A stretch of DNA of 64,000 nt from Clostridiales bacterium (GTDB taxonomy: Bacteria; Bacillota; Clostridia; Oscillospirales; Acutalibacteraceae): NCBI GenBank assembly GCA_019418545.1, contig DYBQ01000003.1, forward strand, positions 1-64,000, given 5' to 3'. Numbering within the stretch: the stretch's first letter is position 1; the number at the start of each line of letters is the position of its first letter. This document shows positions 20,001 through 28,315 of this stretch, in pieces. Both the position numbers and the translations under genes were made by a program. The notes under the pieces are model-generated. The model saw nothing but the letters and a program-made list of their open reading frames with translations. It did no database searches and was not told the DNA's origin.

Positions 20001-21743
20001 TACACACCATTCTCCAGCTTCATCAATATATTTATAAGCATTCATGATGTTATAGGTTCCAGCACTACTGTCAAAAATCGAACCATCCACAAAATAGAGC
20101 GGATTGTACGAATTCATATAGGCAGAATTTTCTTCATAATCAAAGTCTCTCAACACGGGCAATGCATTCCAGAATCCAACTGCCATCAAATTAATCTCAA
20201 TGTCGCCATTGTCGGGCAATCCCTCCAGGCTGTTGTCTCCAAAATAGATTTTATGGCCCTTTTCCGAATCAAATTGGGGATTGACATTATCATTGATAGA
20301 AAGGTCGAATTTAATCCAATTTTTAAAGCTGTCACTATTTACCTGACGAGAAACCTGCTGACGTTCTCCATCAATGTACAAATCATGGAATCTCCAACCT
20401 TTTTCTACATCAGCTACATAAATATGACCTTTGGCTTCTTCGGTAGTATATGGAAGATTTTCATCTGCCTTTTCCCAATTTGTAATCTCCTTACCGCTTG
20501 TAATCACGGCTTCCTCACCAGGATAAGAGGTATATACAATGGGCTTTCCAACTTCACCGCTGTCTTCCGGTGTAAAAGTAATGGATTCATCCTGATAATA
20601 TTCACCGCCGCGCAGATAGACCGTGACACCGCCTTCTGGCAACACTTCCAGCTCACGAATCGTGTCGCGAGCCTTTTGTATCGTGGCAAAAGGTGCTTCC
20701 TCAGTACCGGCATTCTCATCTGAACCGTCAGGAGAGCCATAGTAGAAGGTCTCACACTCTGCAGTTTCATATACCGTTACCGTACAACTATCCGTTTTAG
20801 ATGAATCGGATGCTGATGCTGCTGTAATGGTCGCCGTGCCTGCTGCTACACCAGTTACTGTGCCATTTTCGTCCACAACAGCTACATCCGTATTGTCACT
20901 GCTCCAAATCAAATTTTTGTCCGAAGCAGTGGAGGGGCTTATAGTTGCCAGCAAAAGGATTGTTTCACCTTTTTCTATATTGGCCTCATTTTTGTCCAGT
21001 TCTACTTCTTCTACTGGAATTTTTGTCTCCACACCGATAACTTTTACATTATCCACCGACATATCACATCCGCCGCTCTCAAATCCTATGCCTCCATAGG
21101 AAAGAGCAGGGCCGTTGCTTCCATCATCAACAAAACTAAGTATGGGTTCTCCATACTCTGCTCCCTTTTCCGTAACATAAGCAAAAACGGTCGTTCCAGT
21201 AAAGTCCAGCTTAAGCTGATAAGTTTTCCCGACCTCCAAAGGATACTCCGTTTTGGCAATCGTGTGTCCCGCATTACTATAAAACTTATTCAATTCCAAA
21301 ATCTGGGACTCCCGACGATAATAAAGACCCAGTTTGCTTCCATTTTGAACATGACCCATCAATCCCAGGCAGTCATACTGCTTCATGCCGGCATCTCCAT
21401 GGTCAATCCATTCGTTAATAACAAAGTCAGCTTCTAAAGAATAATCCGTCCATTCAGCCTTGTTTGTATTTAAATAAGCTTTTCCATCCCACGGTACGCC
21501 GCGAATTTGAAACCAGTTATTCCCCTGGTCATCATTTTTAATCGTATATTCTCCTGTTTCAGCAAACTCCCAACCAGAAGGGATTTCTCCGTTCTCAAAA
21601 TCTTCTTCTAATAAAACCGTATTTTCTGTCTGCACACTTTCTTCCGGAACCACTTTGGCTGACCCTATCATTTGCAGTCCGATTACAAGAGCCAGCATTC
21701 CGCTTACAACCTTTTTTACTGTTTTCCCTTTTAACAATGACAA
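17070..21743 (-). CDS. Cell-wall-anchored multidomain beta-helix protein, paralog B (1557 aa)
   Basis: TTG start with RBS AAGGGAGG. Same LamG-Big_2-beta-helix core as A, plus an extra Big_2, an F5/8-type-C discoidin-like domain and an Ig-like domain. FIVAR cassette; PATGD + TM + RRRK sorting signal. Confidence 0.9.
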   Translation of the reverse strand: MSLLKGKTVKKVVSGMLALVIGLQMIGSAKVVPEESVQTENTVLLEEDFENGEIPSGWEFAETGEYTIKNDDQGNNWFQIRGVPWDGKAYLNTNKAEWTDYSLEADFVINEWIDHGDAGMKQYDCLGLMGHVQNGSKLGLYYRRESQILELNKFYSNAGHTIAKTEYPLEVGKTYQLKLDFTGTTVFAYVTEKGAEYGEPILSFVDDGSNGPALSYGGIGFESGGCDMSVDNVKVIGVETKIPVEEVELDKNEANIEKGETILLLATISPSTASDKNLIWSSDNTDVAVVDENGTVTGVAAGTATITAASASDSSKTDSCTVTVYETAECETFYYGSPDGSDENAGTEEAPFATIQKARDTIRELEVLPEGGVTVYLRGGEYYQDESITFTPEDSGEVGKPIVYTSYPGEEAVITSGKEITNWEKADENLPYTTEEAKGHIYVADVEKGWRFHDLYIDGERQQVSRQVNSDSFKNWIKFDLSINDNVNPQFDSEKGHKIYFGDNSLEGLPDNGDIEINLMAVGFWNALPVLRDFDYEENSAYMNSYNPLYFVDGSIFDSSAGTYNIMNAYKYIDEAGEWCVDSENGKVYLWPKDEDLETQKVIVPKAYRIVEFQGDKEEENFENQVEYITLKDLEFSYTDRLPEDEFPSDWVKRYSENPDAAIYMDGVANCVIEGCKIKNTGTYGIALCHYAQNNEIVGNSIVGTGAGGIELMGYGAGTLDVNHHNVIRRNYISDLGLAPYMHAGAVSIFGSNHNEIEYNKIENVPYSSISVAGTNWQVMSGFIPGDAERTRHFGVDSYGNFFGQYGARYEELDPIRLQLHPDGGDFTREEVKQFKHDGYNVIRHNITEEYMMKTDDGGCLYTWGCDVGNLFEENIIYKSESGHGWVYPLYMDDEVDGTILKGNRIWAPQTSTVNKGDNTFTDNLSSSNMSTPPDGYQELYDKIVAVAEAEGGWLEDTDSTVEIQEVNMVLGNTKDLDNDSLPEELTWISSNPSVAMVNQDGTVTAISKGSTMVKAMVDGKAVGKWYITVNNNVALNKEVVEVSSHTDWPTEQKECLTDGNIETKWCSDRGTPQWAVVDLGEEKEIVGWRVYHANIAGEGMDKNTMDFSLQYSNLEAPSGSNDEDWITADEVTGNTETITECTLDQTIKARYIRLYIPEPVQAYQGTKIARIYELELFGGDTEVSVGTVSEIPAQETTVSVGTKFESLELPSRVPVILEDGTSYLLPVQWNDDGYQANKAGTYTLKATFTNPLEKIGLSNPQNLEATVVVHVVDKTLLQKTYEYALALSTEGVTDSAKKFFEDALAEAKAVLDNEKATQEEVNAAWDNLLKGIWGLGLTQGDKTMLEQLIAKADEMMAESDKYVQDNWQQLIDALAAAKDIYNDGDAMEEDIEPAAEALLNAILAQRFKADKSILEDLVNKAEGMDLSGYTAESVAVFAAAFQNAKAVLADETLSEDDQGVVDEAVEELKAAIQNLSTNDDGDASDNGDTSKPDDGKNDNNDGNSSVQKPTDDNSAEGNQSETPATGDNSQNMQWIIMIFAAMVLGAATLVRRRKTV

Positions 21744-21919
21744 TTATAATACCTCCCTTATTTTCAAAATTTGCAGCTGTTGTCCTATTGACAACTACTA
21801 ACACTCTCCTCCTTTCCATAACTAAATTTTAGGACACTCCTAGAATACTATCGAAAAGCAGCATTTTTCAACTGTAAAAAAGGATGATTCTACTGTAATT
21901 TTGTATTATTATGTCTTTT

Positions 21920-21968
21920 GTAGAAAAAAACATAAAAATTGGTGCTGAAAGTACAACTTCCAGCACCA
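21920..21968 (-). terminator. Rho-independent terminator of the SPFH gene
   Basis: GGTGCTG...CAGCACC stem followed on the minus strand by AATTTTTATGTTTTTTTC. Confidence 0.7.
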
Positions 21969-22017
21969 ATTGTCTACACAAAATAACCTTTTGCAATATT
22001 AGTAATGTTTCTTATAA

Positions 22018-23118
22018 TCAGCTGTTTCCTTGTAACAGTCCCGCCAACTGTGCCAGCAAATCACCGCTTCCTGAGACTCGGATACTATCTACTTTTTCAC
22101 AAATTCTTTCCAAATACTCTAATTCCTTCAAGCGGTACAGGGTTTTGTTTTCGTCCATCATTTTCGCTGTGTTTAACAAAGAACGGGTAGAGGCGACTTC
22201 TTCTCTTCGGGCAATTACGTTTGCTTGTGCCTTTTTTTCTGCCATAAGCACCATATTCATAATTTGACGGATTTCTCCTGGCAAAATAATATCGCGAATA
22301 CCGGCTTGCGTAAATTTCACAAACATTTCCGCCTCATTTGCCTGTAGCTTTTCGAGCACGATTTTGGACATTTCCTCCCTTCCTTCCAAAATCTCATCCA
22401 AAGTGTGAGCTCCTACATACTCCCGTAAGGCCATCTGAATCATGACGTGAACATACTCTTCATAATCATTGGTACCCGAAAAAGCCCGAACATAATCTGT
22501 TATCCGATATCCACAAACCACGCTGATACGCAGAGCCACTTTATCCCGAGAAAGGATTTCCTGTCCGGTCACCGTGATTTGCTGCAACCGGGTATCTACC
22601 AAGTCCGCACTGACACGTACTGTGTTTTTCCAGAAAAAATAGACGCCGGCATCCAGCAGCCTTACAAATTTTTGGTCGTAATAAAGCCGCGCTTTTTGAT
22701 ACTCTCCCACTTCTAAGCGGGTAAAATAAGCCGTCGGGATTTTGGAAAAAATATATCGCGGCACTTCCTCCGATACTTCTGGCTGAGAAATTTCCACTTT
22801 TTGAAATTCATGCCGGTCATTTCCACTCCAAAAAGCATACTTTCCGGCTGGGAGGATTTCCTGAAATTGCCCATTGACAAAATGCAAAAGTATTTCTTCG
22901 TTTACTGCTTCTGCTGTAACTGTCTGCGCAGCTATTTGTGCATCCTGAAGCAAAACTTCCAGCGGGCAAAATTCAGACTCCAGTTTTTGCGAAGTGGGGA
23001 CAACTTCAATGTTTTTCCTGCTTCCAAAAGTGCGATACTTTCCGGGAGAAAGGAGCTTACGATATCTCCCGTTTTGAAACAAGAGGCCTCTTTCGTTTTC
23101 GTGAATTACTGTTTTCAT
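22018..23118 (-). CDS. SPFH/band-7 (stomatin/prohibitin-like) protein with no N-terminal TM; N-terminal region has three LLxxGKYxFW repeats
   Basis: Band-7 core DKVALRISVVCGYRITDYVRAFSG...GIRDIILPGEIRQIMN...AEKKAQANVIARREE; RBS AGGAGG before ATG 23118. Confidence 0.8.
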   Translation of the reverse strand: MKTVIHENERGLLFQNGRYRKLLSPGKYRTFGSRKNIEVVPTSQKLESEFCPLEVLLQDAQIAAQTVTAEAVNEEILLHFVNGQFQEILPAGKYAFWSGNDRHEFQKVEISQPEVSEEVPRYIFSKIPTAYFTRLEVGEYQKARLYYDQKFVRLLDAGVYFFWKNTVRVSADLVDTRLQQITVTGQEILSRDKVALRISVVCGYRITDYVRAFSGTNDYEEYVHVMIQMALREYVGAHTLDEILEGREEMSKIVLEKLQANEAEMFVKFTQAGIRDIILPGEIRQIMNMVLMAEKKAQANVIARREEVASTRSLLNTAKMMDENKTLYRLKELEYLERICEKVDSIRVSGSGDLLAQLAGLLQGNS

Positions 23119-23530
23119 CTATGTACAACCTCCTGGTAAAGTAGTCGGCATCCAGCCTCCGATGAGCCCGCTGCGGCCAAAAAATTGAGATTCCTTTCCT
23201 CTCAGCGGAAGCCTTGCTCTGGCCGAGAGAAAACAAAACCGGTATCCTTTTTTGGGCAGGGCAGCAAGCCCATTTCTGCCTAAAAGTATTTTCCGGGGAA
23301 TATTCCCCACAAAACACTATCGGCAGTACGTTGGCTGCTATGCTTAGTAAAAATAAATTTTCCGGAGGGGACTTGAACCCCGTCCCTGCATAGCAGGGAT
23401 TGCCACCTTTTACGGCAAAACCTCTTTAGCATACGCTTTGGCACTCCTTGCGCACTATGGTGTACTCCATATACACACAAACAAGACGATTTGCCATCAC
23501 CATTATACCTGTGAAAAACACCTGCATCAC
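23119..23530 (-). promoter_or_regulatory. ~400-nt structured leader upstream of the SPFH gene (possible regulatory RNA)
   Basis: Perfect TATAAT on the minus strand at about 23495-23500. Multiple hairpins, a tRNA T-arm-like GGGGTTCAAGTCCCC, a 14-nt palindrome GGGGAATATTCCCC and a CCGGAAAAT direct repeat. Confidence 0.35.
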
Positions 23531-23578
23531 GGAAAAAAAGTTGCGAACTATGTTTATAGTCCGCAACTTTTTTGTTGT
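23530..23578 (-). terminator. Rho-independent terminator of the WYL gene pair
   Basis: GTTGCGAACT...AGTCCGCAAC stem spanning the WYL-B stop codon, followed by TTTTTTTCC on the minus strand. Confidence 0.75.
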
Positions 23579-24462
23579 TTCAGCCTTTCCCGTATTAAAT
23601 TTACAAACTTTTCAGGGCCAACCACACGTATCATTGGACCAAAGGATAACACCCTGATTACCAATTCCGTTTCGTCCTCACAATCATACTGTATCGTTAC
23701 CCGATACCGGTTTTCTGATATTTTTTCTGCACGTCTTTCAAAATGAGCAAAATGAAACAGCACCCTTTCCAATGCATTGCGCTGGTTTATCACTTCAAGC
23801 TCTACCCAAGAACGTGGAGATGTCCATTGTAAAGAAATCGCTCTCGGTTTCTCCAAAATCCGGCTGCAGGAAATGATTCTTCCAAGATTGAAAATCTGTC
23901 CATATCGATGTCCAGATGCATACAATCGAAATTTATCATCCTTTTCCGAATATTCCAAACGGACAGGAAAACACACCACATCCCGGGAATTTCTTCCATC
24001 CGGTGCATACTGGATTCGCAAAGCTTCCCCTGACTTGGTTGCCTCCAAAATTACACGAAAAATTTGAATATACTGCTCATCTTCAAATGGGTCGCCATCC
24101 CCATACTTATCAAATACCCGATAGTCTTCCGGCATAAACAATGGCTCCACGTTTTCAAGCCCCGAAAAATCTACTTCAAACAGACGAATTCGGGCATCCA
24201 GGCTAATCGCTTTCAACCATTGTTTTTCCAATGTGGTCAACGGCATCGTCGGGGCATGACGCAGCGGCGTATGATATTCTTCATCCAGCAGCTGCCATTC
24301 CTGGTTTTTCAAAGCAGGCAAAATAGTAAACACGCTTTCTGAAAAAGCATACTTTCTAATAATCCTTTCCATTTCCTCTTTACACAGCCCGCCCTCGACT
24401 GCCCGGCGCAAAATTTGTGCTACCGTATAATAATAAATCCCATAGACTTCGTGGAAAAGCAT
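23554..24462 (-). CDS. WYL-domain transcriptional regulator (HTH-WYL-WCX), second of a tandem pair
   Basis: WYL-like motif DKFRLYASGHRYGQIFNLGRI; C-terminal WCX-like IRVLSFGPMIRVVGPEKFVNLI. RBS AAGAGGAGAGGAA overlaps the upstream stop. Confidence 0.7.
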   Translation of the reverse strand: MLFHEVYGIYYYTVAQILRRAVEGGLCKEEMERIIRKYAFSESVFTILPALKNQEWQLLDEEYHTPLRHAPTMPLTTLEKQWLKAISLDARIRLFEVDFSGLENVEPLFMPEDYRVFDKYGDGDPFEDEQYIQIFRVILEATKSGEALRIQYAPDGRNSRDVVCFPVRLEYSEKDDKFRLYASGHRYGQIFNLGRIISCSRILEKPRAISLQWTSPRSWVELEVINQRNALERVLFHFAHFERRAEKISENRYRVTIQYDCEDETELVIRVLSFGPMIRVVGPEKFVNLIRERLKQQKSCGL

Positions 24463-24477
24463 CCGTTCCTCTCCTCT

Positions 24478-25710
24478 TTATTCTATCCCATAGATTTGGT
24501 ACATTTCCTCTAAGTCCTTACGAAACCGTCCTTCTATGGATGGTTGAGAAATATGCAAGTCTGTTATACGACAAATAAAAGTCCGTATCCAAGGAAGCAT
24601 CTCATTTACATCATACACTTTGGCCGAAAAGCGGCAAGTGTTTCTATCAAGCCTTTCTACTGTGCCACAGCGTTTTTCCCGAAGCAGTCTCTGATAAATA
24701 TATTCTTCTCTGTCGGAAAAGTGCACGAGGAAAGAAACTGACTGTAATTTTTCTTCTGGCCTTCGCCCCTGTACTCCCCACATATGTTTTTGCATTTTTT
24801 CCAGCATCTTTCGATACTCATCAAAATCTGCCGATATTCCCCCTGCTTTCACCTGAGAAATCAAATCCAAACGAAAAGCTCTGATATATTTTTTTGAAAG
24901 GTCATATCCCATCAGATACCGTCTTCCCGTCTGGACACTAACGAAAATCCGCAGGGGCACCGCCTGTACACAAATATTTTTCTTCTGCCGGTGGCTATGA
25001 GAAACAAAAGAAACAATTCTCTTATTTCTCATAGCTTGAAACAGGCTGCATAGAATCTCACTTTCCATAGCATGTGTAATATAATGATGCTTAAAAACAA
25101 AAGGGTCCTCTATGTCTTCCAGTTTATCCAACAGATAACTGCCAATTACGCCATCCATTCCGGCTTCTGAAAAAAAGCAGATAGCATCTTTCCAGGAAGA
25201 TAAATCAAAATCTTCCCCGCGCCGATATATTGTCTGTTTTCCCTTTCGCTGAGAGCAGATAATTCCCAAAGTTTCATATTCCTTCAGCTTTTTACGAATG
25301 GTAGACTCATCAAATATTCTGGGATTATGAAAATGGGACAAATATTCCTTATCCATAATTTCCATAATGCTACCCAGAGATTTTTCTTCGTCAGCTGTAT
25401 TCAAAATATCCAGAAGGATAAAATGCAGGGTAATATCACCGGAGGTAAAACTGCGGGCTTTCAGTGCCTGATACAAAGGGTTATGCCGGACACGTCTGCT
25501 GTCAATGGAAAGGAAAACATTTTTCCCATGATTCCCCTGGCGGAAAAACATGTATTCTCCTACATAACTTTCAATCCTTCTTCGTTCGTTATCATAAGAG
25601 CGCGGGCTTTTTTGATGGTATTCATTTCGGCTTTTAAAGCCATATATATAAAACTCATTCATATAATCCCGAATACGCTCGAAATTTTTAATCAGCTCCG
25701 AATATGCCAT
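24478..25710 (-). CDS. WYL-domain transcriptional regulator (HTH-WYL-WCX), first of a tandem pair
   Basis: WYL motif GRRYLMGYDLSKKYIRAFRLDLI; C-terminal WCX-like segment. ATG 25710 with RBS GAGGTG; the track start 25719 is GTG. Confidence 0.7.
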   Translation of the reverse strand: MAYSELIKNFERIRDYMNEFYIYGFKSRNEYHQKSPRSYDNERRRIESYVGEYMFFRQGNHGKNVFLSIDSRRVRHNPLYQALKARSFTSGDITLHFILLDILNTADEEKSLGSIMEIMDKEYLSHFHNPRIFDESTIRKKLKEYETLGIICSQRKGKQTIYRRGEDFDLSSWKDAICFFSEAGMDGVIGSYLLDKLEDIEDPFVFKHHYITHAMESEILCSLFQAMRNKRIVSFVSHSHRQKKNICVQAVPLRIFVSVQTGRRYLMGYDLSKKYIRAFRLDLISQVKAGGISADFDEYRKMLEKMQKHMWGVQGRRPEEKLQSVSFLVHFSDREEYIYQRLLREKRCGTVERLDRNTCRFSAKVYDVNEMLPWIRTFICRITDLHISQPSIEGRFRKDLEEMYQIYGIE

Positions 25711-25751
25711 TGTGCGCACCTCATATTTTCGTGCCGATAGCCCCTATGGTA

Positions 25752-28076
25752 TCAAGTTTCTTCTTCATCTCTCTTAGAAAATTCGCGCGGTGTACAATGA
25801 TAGGCCTTTTTGAATAATTTATAGAAATAGGTACTGTTTTCAATACCGATTTCCTTGATAATCTGATTAACCGTATAGTCTGTATTCTGCAGCAAGGTAG
25901 CCGCTTTGCTCATTCTCAGGTTTACGATATATTCATTGAGAGAAAGCCCTGTACTTTCTTTAAACTTATGCATAATATACCGAGGCGAAAGTGCAAGAGA
26001 ATCTCCTATCATTTGGGAAGAGAGATTCACATCACTATAATGAGCTTGCACAAAAGCAATTACCGCACTAATCAGACTATCTTTAGCATTTTCTTCCGCT
26101 TCTTTTTCTGTATCCAAAATTGAAGTAATATACTGCTTTAGCTGTTCTATTGCTTCTTCCAGGGTCTCTGATTGGGCAGCTTTTTGATAAATAGCATTAA
26201 AATTAATATTGGATAATATTCTTTGTTCCCGTATCATTTCGTTAAATATCATATTAATTTGCGTAATCAACGCCATCATACAGGTAGTAGCGCTGCGATA
26301 TTGGAAGGTAGAAATGATATTGGAAATTTCTTCAATTGCCACCAAAGTACTATTCAAATTCTTGGTTTGAATTGCTGATTTAAGCTTCACATCCAACTCA
26401 TATGAATAGTGGCTCTGCTGATTATTTAAATTAAACCGACAGGTCTCATGATACAAAATTTCTCCCAACCCGAACAGATACCGATACTGTAAATATTCAC
26501 GGGCTTCTTTCAGTAAGTCTGTCAGGCTATGGCGGTTAACCGAATAGTTGCTCAATGAAACGGTTAGTGTTAAATCCAGATGCTCCAATATTAAATTCTG
26601 ACATTCCTTAATCAGTGGAATGAGGGAATCTTCCAATGCCTCTCCCTCTGTGTATCCTGTGAGCACACACAAAGTATCCGTACTCATAAAAAAGCAGGAG
26701 TAGGCACGCTTTTCTGATATTTTTTCATGAATGATATTTTCAACAGCATAGGTCATTAACTGAATATCAGATTTATCAAAATGCGTGTTGCCTGTAATAT
26801 CTTCGATTTTAAACAGGATAATTCCAACTGGGATATTGCTAATCAACCAGTGTGATGGGTTATGTTTTTTAAACTGCTCCAAACGCTCCGGGGTACTGTC
26901 CATAACCATTTGTGACAATTCATATTTCATAACCATAGGTTCATGTTCCTGCTTGGCTTTTTGAAGCAGCTGATTTTGCCGCCAAGTAGTACGATAGGCC
27001 TCCCGGAGATAATCAAATTCATTCTGATATTTTTCCGACTCCGATTTTGATTCCCCGAGTCCAGAAATAGAGGTAACAAATTCTTGTACAGGAGAATAAA
27101 GCTGTTTCGACACCAACACCAGCATCAGTAATGCAAGGAATCCAAATCCCATACTGATATACAGCATATCGTTTTTCAATTGTATTAAGTCTTCAAAAAT
27201 ATAATCGTATTCCTGTATCAGCACAACCGCATTGCTTTGATTATTTAAATGAATACCAGAGACAATATATGTTTTCCCATCATATTTTGTCTGATAGGTA
27301 AAAATACCATCTTCGTTCTCCGCTTCCAGATGATTCCAATAGTCTTTTACCAAATACTGATGAGCTTTTGAAACAGTATTGGCCTCTGTCTCATAAATTT
27401 CGCCTAACTGATTACTCAAATAAATATTTCCATGAATTTTATCTTTTTCGGTTTGCGCGCTAATATTCTCTATAAACCAGTTTACGTTTTCGTTTACCAC
27501 TACATAGCCTTCTGTCCCTTTTGTTGGGTCATTAAATTCATACATAAAGTAGGAAAATACGTAGTATGATTTTTCTGAGCCATTGATGGTATGCGTCACT
27601 TTTCGAAGAATGGGCTGCAAACAAGGAATAGAATCCTGACTTTCGACAAAATTTGCCAAGTCGTCCGGGTCAAAGGTACTTGCAGATTCCGTCGAAAAAT
27701 ACTGGTCGTTATTTGCATTATAAATGGTAATAGAGTCAATAGACGGATAAACCATAAGGGATGTATCATGAATTTGCTGCATATAGGTAATTGCATCATA
27801 ATAATCCATGATATCCGTATACATAACCGTTTTTGTTTTATTATCCATAAATACTTCCATACATAAATTGGAAGTGACCGAACTGAAGTAAGTCATGTTT
27901 GCCTGTATTTGATTTAAAATACTTGTATTGGAAGAAGTGATACTGGACATAATCTTTTGATTGGACAAATGGTAGAGTAATAGAGAAAAAGGAATTTGCA
28001 ATACAACAACGAAAAGCACCAAAAATATCCAAATTTTTTTATAGTACTCTCTTCCGTGCAGTTTCTTGAATATCAT
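25752..28076 (-). CDS. Membrane-anchored AraC-family one-component regulator (TM, extracytoplasmic sensor domain, TM, cytoplasmic AraC HTH)
   Basis: Two TM segments flank a ~270-aa extracytoplasmic domain. C-terminal AraC HTH signature ...SPRYIMHKFKESTGLSLNEYIVNLRMSKAATLL...YFYKLFKKAYHCTPREF. Confidence 0.8.
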   Translation of the reverse strand: MIFKKLHGREYYKKIWIFLVLFVVVLQIPFSLLLYHLSNQKIMSSITSSNTSILNQIQANMTYFSSVTSNLCMEVFMDNKTKTVMYTDIMDYYDAITYMQQIHDTSLMVYPSIDSITIYNANNDQYFSTESASTFDPDDLANFVESQDSIPCLQPILRKVTHTINGSEKSYYVFSYFMYEFNDPTKGTEGYVVVNENVNWFIENISAQTEKDKIHGNIYLSNQLGEIYETEANTVSKAHQYLVKDYWNHLEAENEDGIFTYQTKYDGKTYIVSGIHLNNQSNAVVLIQEYDYIFEDLIQLKNDMLYISMGFGFLALLMLVLVSKQLYSPVQEFVTSISGLGESKSESEKYQNEFDYLREAYRTTWRQNQLLQKAKQEHEPMVMKYELSQMVMDSTPERLEQFKKHNPSHWLISNIPVGIILFKIEDITGNTHFDKSDIQLMTYAVENIIHEKISEKRAYSCFFMSTDTLCVLTGYTEGEALEDSLIPLIKECQNLILEHLDLTLTVSLSNYSVNRHSLTDLLKEAREYLQYRYLFGLGEILYHETCRFNLNNQQSHYSYELDVKLKSAIQTKNLNSTLVAIEEISNIISTFQYRSATTCMMALITQINMIFNEMIREQRILSNINFNAIYQKAAQSETLEEAIEQLKQYITSILDTEKEAEENAKDSLISAVIAFVQAHYSDVNLSSQMIGDSLALSPRYIMHKFKESTGLSLNEYIVNLRMSKAATLLQNTDYTVNQIIKEIGIENSTYFYKLFKKAYHCTPREFSKRDEEET

Positions 28077-28240
28077 CAATGAATCGCTCCCTTATCTATT
28101 ATCACTTTCTGCGCCGGTATTTCCCTTTCACTGTATATTCAAAATACTTTTCTGCATGGAAAACAGGAATTTTAAACCGAAAAACTCAGAAACAACTTAC
28201 TAATTTTTATTTATTATATCATTTTTTACCTGTTTTCTCA

Positions 28241-28292
28241 ATAGAAAAAACAGGCAGGCTAATAACGAAACCGGTACCAGCCTACCTGTTTT
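28241..28292 (-). terminator. Rho-independent terminator of paralog C
   Basis: AACAGGCAGGCT...AGCCTACCTGTT stem followed on the minus strand by TTTTTTCTAT. Confidence 0.75.
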
Positions 28293-28315
28293 AAAGATTA
28301 CAAAAAGTTAATTAT

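Noticed and set aside
23365-23395. tRNA or tmRNA fragment (GGGGTTCAAGTCCCC T-arm-like hairpin on the minus strand)
   Set aside because: No matching acceptor stem, D-arm or anticodon arm can be built around it and no CCA follows. It may be a chance hairpin or part of a leader RNA. Retained only as a component of the leader finding.
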